From Candidatus Aminicenantes bacterium (GTDB lineage: Bacteria > Acidobacteriota > Aminicenantia > Aminicenantales > Aminicenantaceae), in the NCBI GenBank assembly GCA_011772475.1, contig WVZK01000185.1, positions 60,648 through 124,647 on the forward strand: a stretch of 64,000 nt of DNA. The letters run 5' to 3'. A program made the translations under genes and the position numbers. Of the stretch, positions 1-8,408 are shown in pieces. The notes beneath the pieces were generated by a model. That model was not told where the DNA came from, did not search any database, and saw only the letters and a program-made list of their open reading frames with translations. Each line of letters opens with the position of its first letter. The first letter of the stretch is position 1.

Positions 1-84
1 AAAGCTGCAAGCCTATTAGGAGTTAAGCCCACCACTTTGAATGAGATGATCAAGAGGCTAAATATAGACATCTCGAATCTATAA
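1..84 (+). CDS. 3' end of a CDS truncated by the window edge: Fis/NtrC-type helix-turn-helix tail of a transcriptional regulator
   Basis: Frame 1 reads KAASLLGVKPTTLNEMIKRLNIDISNL with a stop at 82-84. The pattern resembles the HTH tail of the EBP at 29147-30595 ([20 protein letters not shown]). Confidence 0.5.
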   Translation, partial: KAASLLGVKPTTLNEMIKRLNIDISNL

Positions 85-201
85 AATTGGGGACAGGCCC
101 CATTTTTTCCTTCCTGGCAAAAAAAGGATGGTTACTACCAAAGAAATAGGTTTGATAAATCTGACTCCTACAAGATATAAAAATGGGGCCTGTCCCCTTT
201 A
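83..201. repeat. Pair of inverted GC-rich 13-mers (GGGGACAGGCCCC at 89-101, GGGGCCTGTCCCC at 185-197) with A/T-tract flanks
   Basis: The two 13-mers are exact reverse complements. Each sits just after the stop of a convergent gene (84 on +, 208 on -). Member of the repeat family also seen at 10028, 15645, 22984 and 48474. Confidence 0.8.
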
Positions 202-207
202 ATACAA

Positions 208-2820
208 TTAATAAAACCTTCCGGGTACGGCCTTGTTCGGGTTTATTTTGATTTTCCTGGGCTTAGACTTCAATTCAAAGTCAAATTTTTCGCTTTCTTC
301 GTCAATTATGAGTCTCTTTTTGACTTTATTTCCATTCTCATTCCACTCTACCCATAAGGGGAAAACGAAGAGCTCTTTTGGTTGGGTAATTCTTAATTTC
401 AAGCTGTACCCTCCCTCCCTTTTCAAGACAGAGTGAGTAGCTTTGACCTCAGGAAGAGTATAGGAGTCAAACCAATTCTTGAAGAATGCTGCCAGATCTT
501 TTCCTGATACTTCTTCAATCGTTTTAATGAAATCTTTCGTACCTGCCGCTCCGTACTTATGCCTGCTGAAAAATTCCTGTAATCCTTTAAAAAATGCCTC
601 TTCGCCCAGGAGGTCTTTAAGCATATTCAAGACCAGAGAAGCTTTATTATAGATTATGGTCTGAAAAACTTCAGTACCATGATAGTTGAGGCGGGAGCCT
701 AGAGATATTGGTCCCCATATCGATTTCTTTTCAGTCCATTGAGAGAACTTCTTTAAAATTGAAGAGAATACTCCATCACCACGTCTCGCGATTAGGTATA
801 AGGTGGCTGAAAACTGAGCCAGCCCTTCGCTTAACCATTGATCATGATAGCTTTTCCATGTTACAGCTTGTCCCCACCACTGGTGAGCAATTTCATGGGC
901 AATGAAATATTCTCTCCAGCGAGAAAGATCCACAGGACTCCCGGCCTTTGGGTATAAAACTCCTTTCTGAGCTCTGGGCAATTCATTAATAACAATAAAA
1001 GAGGCCGGGCTATGACCTCCACTCGCTATCCAGATTCTGCGAACAACGTTAAGCTTCTCGTAAGGATATGGACCAAACTTGCTCTCATAGAATTCAATAA
1101 TATTTTTGGCCTCCTCGAGAAGCCCTCTTCTTTGAAATCTTATGCCTGATGAGTAGAAATGTTTTAGCGGCAGAGACTCTAAATCCTCTTCTACCTCAGT
1201 AAATCTGCCGACAACAAAGGAAAGGTATTTTATAGGATATTTTGTTTCAAAGATATAAACAGAGCTTCCTGTTTTTTCAATCTCTTCCACTCGTTCCACA
1301 TCGTTCAATCTACTTTTTTCTATCAATTCTCCGTTGGAAATACACTGAAACTCAGGAGGAATAATTATTCTGAATCGCGCCTTAAAATAATCATCGCCAG
1401 GAGGAGAGGGATACCAGAAGGCACTTCGACTATAAAGATAGGTCTCGGATTTAGGAGCCACCTGGCTTAGGTTCTTACCAAACTGGGGCCCAGCAATGAC
1501 ATCTGAAACTTGACTGGGAGGAACCAGCTTTCCTCGGTAATATATCTCTATGGAATAAGGCTTATTTTCAGGAGGCGGGTGGATGAAATAAACATAAAGA
1601 GATCCCCTTAATCTATCTTGACTGTAAATCAACGCCCGCTTTTCCTCATCATATATGCGAAGAATATCTAACTTAGGATTAAGCTTAAGCATTATTCTTT
1701 CGAGGGAATCAACTCTAGACTCTATTTCAACTTTTGCTTTCCCGGAGATATAAAATTGTTGAGGCTTAAAGTCTATTTCAATGTTGTAGCTTTTAACTTC
1801 AAACATCTCGACAAAAGTTATAAAAATTCTCTTATCTTTCCCAACCCTGCGGGGCGAGTAAAGGTTGATGATCTTATCATCTTTCCATCGATAAAGATTG
1901 ATTTCTTCTGGAGTGAAAGGAGAATAGATATACGTAAGATCCCCCAACTTTTTTCCTCCAAAGTTGAAAACCACCTCATCTCCTTGAGGTAAGGTAGTAA
2001 GTAACTCTTTATTAAGGGAATTTTCAATCGTGAACGACCTGGAATAATATTTTGAAAACAGGGAATGAGCTTTGTTTATTTCTAGGATTGAAGCCTCGAA
2101 GTCCTTTACTTCTGAATTCTTTACTATTCTGATGTTCTTCCGGAAAAAGTAGTCAGAAAACCTGAGGTAGGTATAGGTAAGTTCATCTTCAAGAAAACTC
2201 TTTTTATAGATTAAACCAAGCTGATGCTTCTCTCCTGAGTCAGAGGGAGAGAAGTGCAAGTGACCTTTCCCCAAGATAAGAAGGCCTGTTTCAAGTCCCG
2301 GGACGTTATCATAAAAAACTATCGCATCCCTAAAGGAAAGTTTAATATCAGTATGTTCGATCTCGATAGATTTAACTCGTTCAGCTCTTTCAGATGGGAT
2401 ATTAATCTTATACATGAGGCTGACTCTTCCCGGCACGCTTTTCCGGTCTATAAGCCATTGATCATTCACCTTAATAAGCGATAAATGCCAGGTTTCTATA
2501 GCAGCAGAATAAGAATTTTGAAAGATAGCCTGGAGATATATCGTGGCTGCACCCTCTGTTTGGCTCAATTTACTCGGCTTGAAAAAAGTCACGCTATCCA
2601 TGTGGAGGACACTAAACTTATTTTTTACAATCGTCTCTTCTTTTTTCCTTATTTCGCTTGAAAAACTCTTCAGGTATGTCGGGATATCTTTCTGATCTAA
2701 GGACTCTTGCATCTGGGAAATAAATTCACTAACACTTTGTTCTTCGGCAGCAGGGTGTGTAATTAAAGAAAAGGAAAGTAAGAATAAGAGAGAAAGCCTA
2801 AGAATAAATCTATCTTTCAT
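208..2820 (-). CDS. Secreted M1-family zinc metallopeptidase (aminopeptidase N-like) with a long N-terminal extension
   Basis: HEIAHQWWG followed 18 residues later by E (WLSEGLAQF) gives the HExxH-X18-E gluzincin motif. Hydrophobic N-terminal signal peptide. No canonical GAMEN exopeptidase motif seen (SGGHSP sits in the equivalent place). Confidence 0.85.
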   Translation of the reverse strand: MKDRFILRLSLLFLLSFSLITHPAAEEQSVSEFISQMQESLDQKDIPTYLKSFSSEIRKKEETIVKNKFSVLHMDSVTFFKPSKLSQTEGAATIYLQAIFQNSYSAAIETWHLSLIKVNDQWLIDRKSVPGRVSLMYKINIPSERAERVKSIEIEHTDIKLSFRDAIVFYDNVPGLETGLLILGKGHLHFSPSDSGEKHQLGLIYKKSFLEDELTYTYLRFSDYFFRKNIRIVKNSEVKDFEASILEINKAHSLFSKYYSRSFTIENSLNKELLTTLPQGDEVVFNFGGKKLGDLTYIYSPFTPEEINLYRWKDDKIINLYSPRRVGKDKRIFITFVEMFEVKSYNIEIDFKPQQFYISGKAKVEIESRVDSLERIMLKLNPKLDILRIYDEEKRALIYSQDRLRGSLYVYFIHPPPENKPYSIEIYYRGKLVPPSQVSDVIAGPQFGKNLSQVAPKSETYLYSRSAFWYPSPPGDDYFKARFRIIIPPEFQCISNGELIEKSRLNDVERVEEIEKTGSSVYIFETKYPIKYLSFVVGRFTEVEEDLESLPLKHFYSSGIRFQRRGLLEEAKNIIEFYESKFGPYPYEKLNVVRRIWIASGGHSPASFIVINELPRAQKGVLYPKAGSPVDLSRWREYFIAHEIAHQWWGQAVTWKSYHDQWLSEGLAQFSATLYLIARRGDGVFSSILKKFSQWTEKKSIWGPISLGSRLNYHGTEVFQTIIYNKASLVLNMLKDLLGEEAFFKGLQEFFSRHKYGAAGTKDFIKTIEEVSGKDLAAFFKNWFDSYTLPEVKATHSVLKREGGYSLKLRITQPKELFVFPLWVEWNENGNKVKKRLIIDEESEKFDFELKSKPRKIKINPNKAVPGRFY

Positions 2821-2923
2821 TTATCTATTATAACAGAAAAAGAAATAATATAATATCTATAGGAATATGTTTATATTTTAATACTGCCTCATTCTTTATC
2901 TTCATGCCCTTATTCTAAAAAAT

Positions 2924-2939
2924 AGCAATTTTTGTGCCA
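2924..2939 (-). promoter_or_regulatory. Sigma-54 (RpoN) -24/-12 promoter upstream of the M1 peptidase gene
   Basis: The minus strand reads TGGCAC-AAAAA-TTGCT, an exact match to TGGCAC-N5-TTGCW. It lies about 100 nt upstream of the start codon at 2820. Confidence 0.6.
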
Positions 2940-3044
2940 AATAGAACCCAGAAAAATATTCTATCTTAGGCAGGATTTGAATAATTTTAGATGGAATTTG
3001 CTAAGAATCAACAAAAAACTGTAAAAAAATTTAACACTCGTTTT

Positions 3045-3479
3045 TTATTTTTTTTGCTTGTCTCTGACGAAATCTTCTTCCCAGGTAATAAAGCTGTGGT
3101 AGAAAATTCTATCTCCCTCTTCGATTCCTCGAGTAATTTCTGTAATATGAGACGTGGATGCCCCGAAAGCTTCGACAGCATAAAAGACCGCTTTCTCCGG
3201 ATCTCCAGAGTTGCCGCAGGAGTAGAAGTCTAAGGCCACATACCCATATTCTGGCCATGTGTGGCAGGATATATGCGACTCTGAGATCACGATAACTCCG
3301 CTGACTCCATGAGGCGGGAACTTGTTAACAGAGATAGACCAAACCTGAGCCTCTGCTATCTCTGCTGCTTTGACTAAGATGTGCTGCACTTTATCCACGC
3401 TTTTGATGATTCTAGAATCACACTCGGAAGCTTCAACGATATAATGATGGCCCATGGATCTGTGTATTTTTTTGGCCAT
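3045..3479 (-). CDS. speH: S-adenosylmethionine decarboxylase proenzyme, pyruvoyl-dependent (class 1, SpeH/SpeD type)
   Basis: 144 aa. VIVISESHISCHTWPE contains the E-S self-cleavage site and the HTWPE motif typical of bacterial and archaeal AdoMetDC. Confidence 0.85.
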   Translation of the reverse strand: MAKKIHRSMGHHYIVEASECDSRIIKSVDKVQHILVKAAEIAEAQVWSISVNKFPPHGVSGVIVISESHISCHTWPEYGYVALDFYSCGNSGDPEKAVFYAVEAFGASTSHITEITRGIEEGDRIFYHSFITWEEDFVRDKQKK

Positions 3480-3506
3480 TTTCCCTCTCCTTAAAAAGGT
3501 TGAATC

Positions 3507-3536
3507 TAATTATGTCATATTCCTTCTCACTGTCAA
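3507..3536 (-). promoter_or_regulatory. Candidate sigma-70 promoter for speH
   Basis: The minus strand reads TTGACA-18 nt-TAATTA, about 25 nt upstream of a GGAGAGGG RBS and the start at 3479. Confidence 0.35.
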
Positions 3537-3700
3537 GACATCTTTGATTTTTATCTCTACCCTTTGTTCGTCTTGATCACTATCTCTCAAAGCTTATCTC
3601 GCAGGGAAAGCACATAGACATGAACAGGTTGAATATAAGAAAGAATAAAGCTAGAGAACCACAGAAATTCAGAGTACTGAATGAATATTTAGAAAATTTC

Positions 3701-3730
3701 TGGACAAGAATAAAACATATTTGTTATAAT
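3701..3730 (+). promoter_or_regulatory. Candidate sigma-70 promoter for the NuoE-like operon (implies a ~250-nt leader)
   Basis: TGGACA-18 nt-TATAAT on the + strand. Confidence 0.35.
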
Positions 3731-3988
3731 AATTCGTTAATATTCTATACATACTTTATAAATTATATATACTTTAAGGCTTAGAGGAGGAATCATAAAT
3801 ATCATACTTCATCAGGACCTTTCTCCCCTGCGTTACCAAAAGCGCCCCAGCTCAAACCAAAATCCTCATAAGAAACTCAAGCTGAGCTTGAATCCAGGTA
3901 AAGACTTTCCTCAAATTCGTCCTAAGTCGCTGTTAGTCTAATTTTTTGAGCATAATACAAGAATAAACAAAAATTTGGAGGGAAATGA

Positions 3989-4456
3989 GTGGAAGCTGAA
4001 GAATTAAAAGTAAAAAAATACATAAAAAAATATAGTAACGAAAAAAAAGCCCTCATATCGATCCTGCAGGACATACAGGAAGAATACAATTATCTCCCTC
4101 AAGAAGCTTTAAGAATTGTTTCAAAAACTCTGGCCGTTCCCCTTATCGACATTCTTGGAGTAGCTACCTTTTATCGTGCTTTCAGCCTGGAACCGAGGGG
4201 AAAGCATCTCATTACAGTATGTTTGGGAACTGCCTGCCATGTAAGGGGAGGACCTAAAATTCTGGAAGAATTCGAAAGAAAACTAAATATAGAAGCAGGC
4301 GAGACCTCAAAAGATGGCCAATTTAGCTTGGAAACTGTAGCCTGTTTAGGATGTTGTGCCATCGGCCCTGTGGTTGTTGTAGATAGCGAATACCATGCTC
4401 AGATTACTATCCGAAAAGTCGGTTCCATCCTAAAGAAGTATATAAAAAAAGACTGA
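3989..4456 (+). CDS. NuoE/HydC-like thioredoxin-fold [2Fe-2S] ferredoxin subunit
   Basis: CLGTACHVRGG ... CLGCCAIGP Cys pattern of the NADH dehydrogenase subunit E family. GTG start preceded by GGAGGG. Confidence 0.85.
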   Translation: MEAEELKVKKYIKKYSNEKKALISILQDIQEEYNYLPQEALRIVSKTLAVPLIDILGVATFYRAFSLEPRGKHLITVCLGTACHVRGGPKILEEFERKLNIEAGETSKDGQFSLETVACLGCCAIGPVVVVDSEYHAQITIRKVGSILKKYIKKD

Positions 4457-4460
4457 GAAA

Positions 4461-7400
4461 ATGAGAAAGACCAAGAAAATAAAATCAATCAAAGAATTAG
4501 AGCAATCAATTCATAGCCAAATTCAAGCAAGAAAATCTGAGAAAAAACCTGTTCTTACTGTATCTGCCGGAACTTGTGGTCAGGCACGCGGTTCGTTGAA
4601 AGTGATTAGATCTTTAGAGAAAGCCATCAAGGAGCAACATTTAGAAGATAAGGTTAAGATCAAAGTGACTGGATGCCACGGTTTCTGCGAAGCTGAGCCC
4701 AATATCATCGTTCAACCCGCCAATATCTTTTACCAAAAAGTGCAGCCAAAGGACGCTAAAAATATAACTTCCCAGACAATCATCAACAACAAGGTTATCG
4801 ACGAACTCCTATTTACAGACGTAGCAACCGGAAAAAAGGTTGCCGACGAAAAAAATATTCCTTTCTATAAAAAGCAAAAACGCATCATTCTGGGAGATAA
4901 TGCCCTTATCGATCCTACTGACATGAACGATTATCTTTCGATAGGAGGATACGGCGCGCTTGTTAAAGCTTTATCTAGTATGACTCAAGAAGAAATAATT
5001 AAAAATGTAAAACAATCTGGCCTTAGAGGAAGAGGGGGGGCAGGTTTTCCCACGGGATACAAGTGGGAATTTGCGAGAAAAGCAAAGGGCGATACTAAAT
5101 ATATAATTTGCAACGCTGACGAAGGCGACCCAGGTGCTTACATGGACCGCAGTTTATTAGAAGGAAATCCTCACAGAGTTTTAGAAGGGATGATCATCGG
5201 TGCCTACGCTATAGGTGCTGAAGAAGGTTATATCTACGTTAGAGATGAATACCCTCTCGCTGTAGAGAATATTTCATTAGCCATATCCCGGGCAGAAGAG
5301 AGGGGGCTCTTAGGAAAGAATATTCTTGGAAAAGATTTCGATTTTGAACTCCATATAATCAAAGGAGCCGGTGCTTTTGTTTGTGGGGAAGAGACAGCAT
5401 TGATTGCTTCTGTAGAAGGGAAAGTAGGCGAGCCTCGCCAAAGACCTCCTTTCCCTGCTGTAAAAGGCTTATGGGGGAAGCCGACTAATATTAACAACGT
5501 CGAGACATGGGCCAATATTCCCTTAATCATCGAAAATGGCGCTGACTGGCTCTCTCGAATAGGCACAAACGGAAGCAAAGGAACAAAAATTTTCTCTCTT
5601 GTAGGTAAAATAAACAACACAGGATTAGTTGAAGTTCCGATGGGAATCACACTAAGAGAAATTATCTATGATATTGGAGGTGGAATTCCAGGCGGAAAAG
5701 ATTTTAAAGCTGTGCAAACTGGAGGCCCTTCTGGAGGGTGTATCCCTAAAAAGATGTTAGACTTGCCCGTGGATTATGAAAGTTTGACTAAAGCAGGATC
5801 AATAATGGGATCAGGTGGTATGATCGTTATGGATGAGAACACGTGTATGGTGGACGTGGCTAAATTTTTCTTGAATTTTCTCCGCGATGAATCTTGTGGC
5901 AAATGTATTTCCTGTCGTGAGGGAACTCAGCGAATGTGGGAGATAGTGACTGATATCACCGAAGGAAAAGGCAGCATAGGAGATCTCGAGTTTTTAGAAG
6001 CCCTGGCCAAAACAACCAGAGATGCTTCCCTGTGCGGACTGGGACAGACTGCAGCGAATCCCGTCTTATCAACCATGAGGTATTTTCAAGAAGAGTATGA
6101 AGACCATATAAAATATAAGAAATGTCCGGCTTTAGTTTGTAAAGAAATTGTTTCTTCTCCTTGTCAATACACCTGTCCAATTGATCAAGAAGCTTCGGTT
6201 TACATAGCCTTAATCGCTATGGGAAAATTTGAAGAAGCTCTGAATACCATCAGAAAAGATAACCCTTTACCAACAGTTTGCGGGCGAGTTTGTCACCATC
6301 CTTGTGAGACAGTTTGTACAGCTGCAGAAACGGGAGGACCAATTGCCATACGGGCCTTAAAACGCTTTATAATGGATTGGGCGATTGAAAAGGGCTATAA
6401 ATCTGCTAGCAAACAAAAAAAGCAAAAAAAAGACAAAGTGGCTGTCATTGGAGCAGGTCCTGCAGGTTTAGTTGCAGGTTATTACCTCAATCGAATGGGA
6501 TATGAAGTCACTGTCTTCGAGTCATTGCCTGTCCTGGGTGGAATGTTGACCATAGGAATTCCAGAGCATAGATTGCCCAAAAAAACATTAAATTTTGACA
6601 TTGAATATATAGTAAATTCGGGTATAACTGTAAAAACAAATAAAGCTTTAGGTAAGGATTTCTCTATCGATGATCTTTTTAAAGAAGGTTATAGAGCCAT
6701 ATTTATTGCTATTGGAGCTCACAAGTCAATGAAGCTGAACATACCTGGTGAAGATGCAAATGGTGTTATACATGCACTGGATCTGCTCAAAAAAGTTAAT
6801 TTGGGAAAAAAAGCAGAACTTGGCGAAAAAGTAGGAATCGTTGGAGGGGGAAATGCAGCCATTGATTCGGCTCGAGTTGCTATAAGAGATGAAAACTGTA
6901 AGAAGGTAACCGTACTCTACAGAAGAACGAGAAAAGAAATGCCTGCTTTTGAAGAAGAAATCGACAATGCTATCGAAGAAGGGATTGATATCCAATTCTT
7001 GGTAACACCAATTAAAATTTTGACTAAAAATGGAAAAGTCATTGGAGTGGAGTGCCTTCGCATGAAATTAGGTGATTTAGATGAAAGCGGCAGAAGGAGA
7101 CCCGTTCCTATCGAGGGCTCTGAATTTTCGCTGGAATTGGATACACTCATTCCTGCTATCGGAGAAAAGCCCGACATTTCATTTCTAACCGATAAAGACA
7201 ATCTGAAAATCTCAAAGTGGGACACCATAGAGGTTGATGATGAAACTCTTTTAACTAATCGAGAAGGCATCTTCGCCGGAGGCGACCTTGTCACAGGCCC
7301 TAGAACCGTTGTCGAAGCCATGGCTGCAGGAAAACTCGCCGCTGAATCTATTGAAAAATATCTTACAGGCAAAAGCCTAGCCAGAGAATACAAGCTAAAC

Positions 7401-7616
7401 AGACCTTCACTATACGTTGAACCCGTAGAACTAACTGAAGAAGAAATAGAAAAAGCTGAAAGACCTAAAATGCCAAAATTGTCTCCAAGAGCAAGAAAGA
7501 AAAATTTCAAGGAAGTCGAGTTGGGTTTAAGCGAAGAAAAAGCAATTAAAGAAGCAAGGCGTTGCCTTAGATGTGAATTAAAAACCAAGGATGGAAAAAA
7601 AGCTATAGGAATGTAG
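4461..7616 (+). CDS. Fusion protein: [2Fe-2S] thioredoxin-like module + NuoF/HydB-like FMN/NADH/[4Fe-4S] module + GltD/NfnB-like FAD-NAD(P)H oxidoreductase module
   Basis: Motifs in order: SAGTCGQARGS and VTGCHGFCEAEP; GRGGAGFPTGYKW; GAGAFVCGEETALI; ESCGKCISCREG; NPLPTVCGRVCHHPCETVC; VAVIGAGPAGL; VGIVGGGNAAID; GIFAGGD. Confidence 0.85.
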   Translation: MRKTKKIKSIKELEQSIHSQIQARKSEKKPVLTVSAGTCGQARGSLKVIRSLEKAIKEQHLEDKVKIKVTGCHGFCEAEPNIIVQPANIFYQKVQPKDAKNITSQTIINNKVIDELLFTDVATGKKVADEKNIPFYKKQKRIILGDNALIDPTDMNDYLSIGGYGALVKALSSMTQEEIIKNVKQSGLRGRGGAGFPTGYKWEFARKAKGDTKYIICNADEGDPGAYMDRSLLEGNPHRVLEGMIIGAYAIGAEEGYIYVRDEYPLAVENISLAISRAEERGLLGKNILGKDFDFELHIIKGAGAFVCGEETALIASVEGKVGEPRQRPPFPAVKGLWGKPTNINNVETWANIPLIIENGADWLSRIGTNGSKGTKIFSLVGKINNTGLVEVPMGITLREIIYDIGGGIPGGKDFKAVQTGGPSGGCIPKKMLDLPVDYESLTKAGSIMGSGGMIVMDENTCMVDVAKFFLNFLRDESCGKCISCREGTQRMWEIVTDITEGKGSIGDLEFLEALAKTTRDASLCGLGQTAANPVLSTMRYFQEEYEDHIKYKKCPALVCKEIVSSPCQYTCPIDQEASVYIALIAMGKFEEALNTIRKDNPLPTVCGRVCHHPCETVCTAAETGGPIAIRALKRFIMDWAIEKGYKSASKQKKQKKDKVAVIGAGPAGLVAGYYLNRMGYEVTVFESLPVLGGMLTIGIPEHRLPKKTLNFDIEYIVNSGITVKTNKALGKDFSIDDLFKEGYRAIFIAIGAHKSMKLNIPGEDANGVIHALDLLKKVNLGKKAELGEKVGIVGGGNAAIDSARVAIRDENCKKVTVLYRRTRKEMPAFEEEIDNAIEEGIDIQFLVTPIKILTKNGKVIGVECLRMKLGDLDESGRRRPVPIEGSEFSLELDTLIPAIGEKPDISFLTDKDNLKISKWDTIEVDDETLLTNREGIFAGGDLVTGPRTVVEAMAAGKLAAESIEKYLTGKSLAREYKLNRPSLYVEPVELTEEEIEKAERPKMPKLSPRARKKNFKEVELGLSEEKAIKEARRCLRCELKTKDGKKAIGM

Positions 7617-7618
7617 AA

Positions 7619-8356
7619 ATGATTACATTGAAAATAAACGGATTGGAAGTCAGGGCAGAGGAAGGCCAAACCATATTAGAGGTGGCTAAATTTTATGGTC
7701 TCGAAATACCAACCCTCTGCTACAATGAGGGTTTAAGCCGTTATGGAGGCTGCCGCCTCTGCCTGGTTGAGATTGGGGAGGAACCTAAAACTAAATTAGT
7801 CTCTTCCTGTACCTACCCTGCAGAAGAAAGCCTGGTTGTCAGAACCGATACAAAACGAGTTATTGAAGCACGAAAGATGATGATAGAGCTGATGCTTTCT
7901 GTAGCTCCGAATTCTAAAATCATCCAGGACCTGGCCTCTAAATTTGGAGTAAAACAGGTGAGATTCAAGATTCGAAACGAAGAATGTATCCTCTGCGGCC
8001 TTTGTGTCCGCATGTGCGCTGAGCAAATGGACGGACGGGCCATTGGATTTCAGAACCGCGGATACAAAAGAAAAATATCGACTCCGTTTGACATTCGTTC
8101 TGAGGAATGTCGACTGTGCGGCGGTTGTATCTACATCTGCCCTGCCTGTCAGCTCAGATGCCAGGGCCCTCAAGCTGATACTGCAGTCTGTAATGCTTGC
8201 CTGACTATGGATCCAACCTGCTTGGACTTTTACGATGACCTTCAGTGCTGGATGTATGATGCAGGTCGTTGCGGAACTTGCGTCAGAGAAAAACCTGAAG
8301 GATCAAATAATAAGAAGCAGGCTCAAAAAAGTAAGCGAAAGGAGAAAAAAGCTTGA
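7619..8356 (+). CDS. HydA/NuoG N-terminal-like iron-sulfur protein ([2Fe-2S] + two [4Fe-4S] motifs) lacking any catalytic domain
   Basis: ITLKINGLEV...CYNEGLSRYGGCRLCLVEI, then CILCGLCVRMC and CRLCGGCIYICP, plus a Cys-rich C-terminal tail. Only a 2-nt gap from the upstream gene. Confidence 0.75.
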   Translation: MITLKINGLEVRAEEGQTILEVAKFYGLEIPTLCYNEGLSRYGGCRLCLVEIGEEPKTKLVSSCTYPAEESLVVRTDTKRVIEARKMMIELMLSVAPNSKIIQDLASKFGVKQVRFKIRNEECILCGLCVRMCAEQMDGRAIGFQNRGYKRKISTPFDIRSEECRLCGGCIYICPACQLRCQGPQADTAVCNACLTMDPTCLDFYDDLQCWMYDAGRCGTCVREKPEGSNNKKQAQKSKRKEKKA

Positions 8357-8408
8357 TTTGCCTGCTTATGATTTTTCAAGCAAATGAGCAAACAAGGAGG
8401 TAATAATA

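Noticed and set aside
6917-7669. 250-aa ORF antisense to the GltD-like module, and similar long antisense ORFs at 5234-5650, 20230-20796 and 41708-42241
   Set aside because: They lie inside CDSs with strong motif support on the other strand. Their products are low-complexity or hydrophobic with no recognisable motifs.
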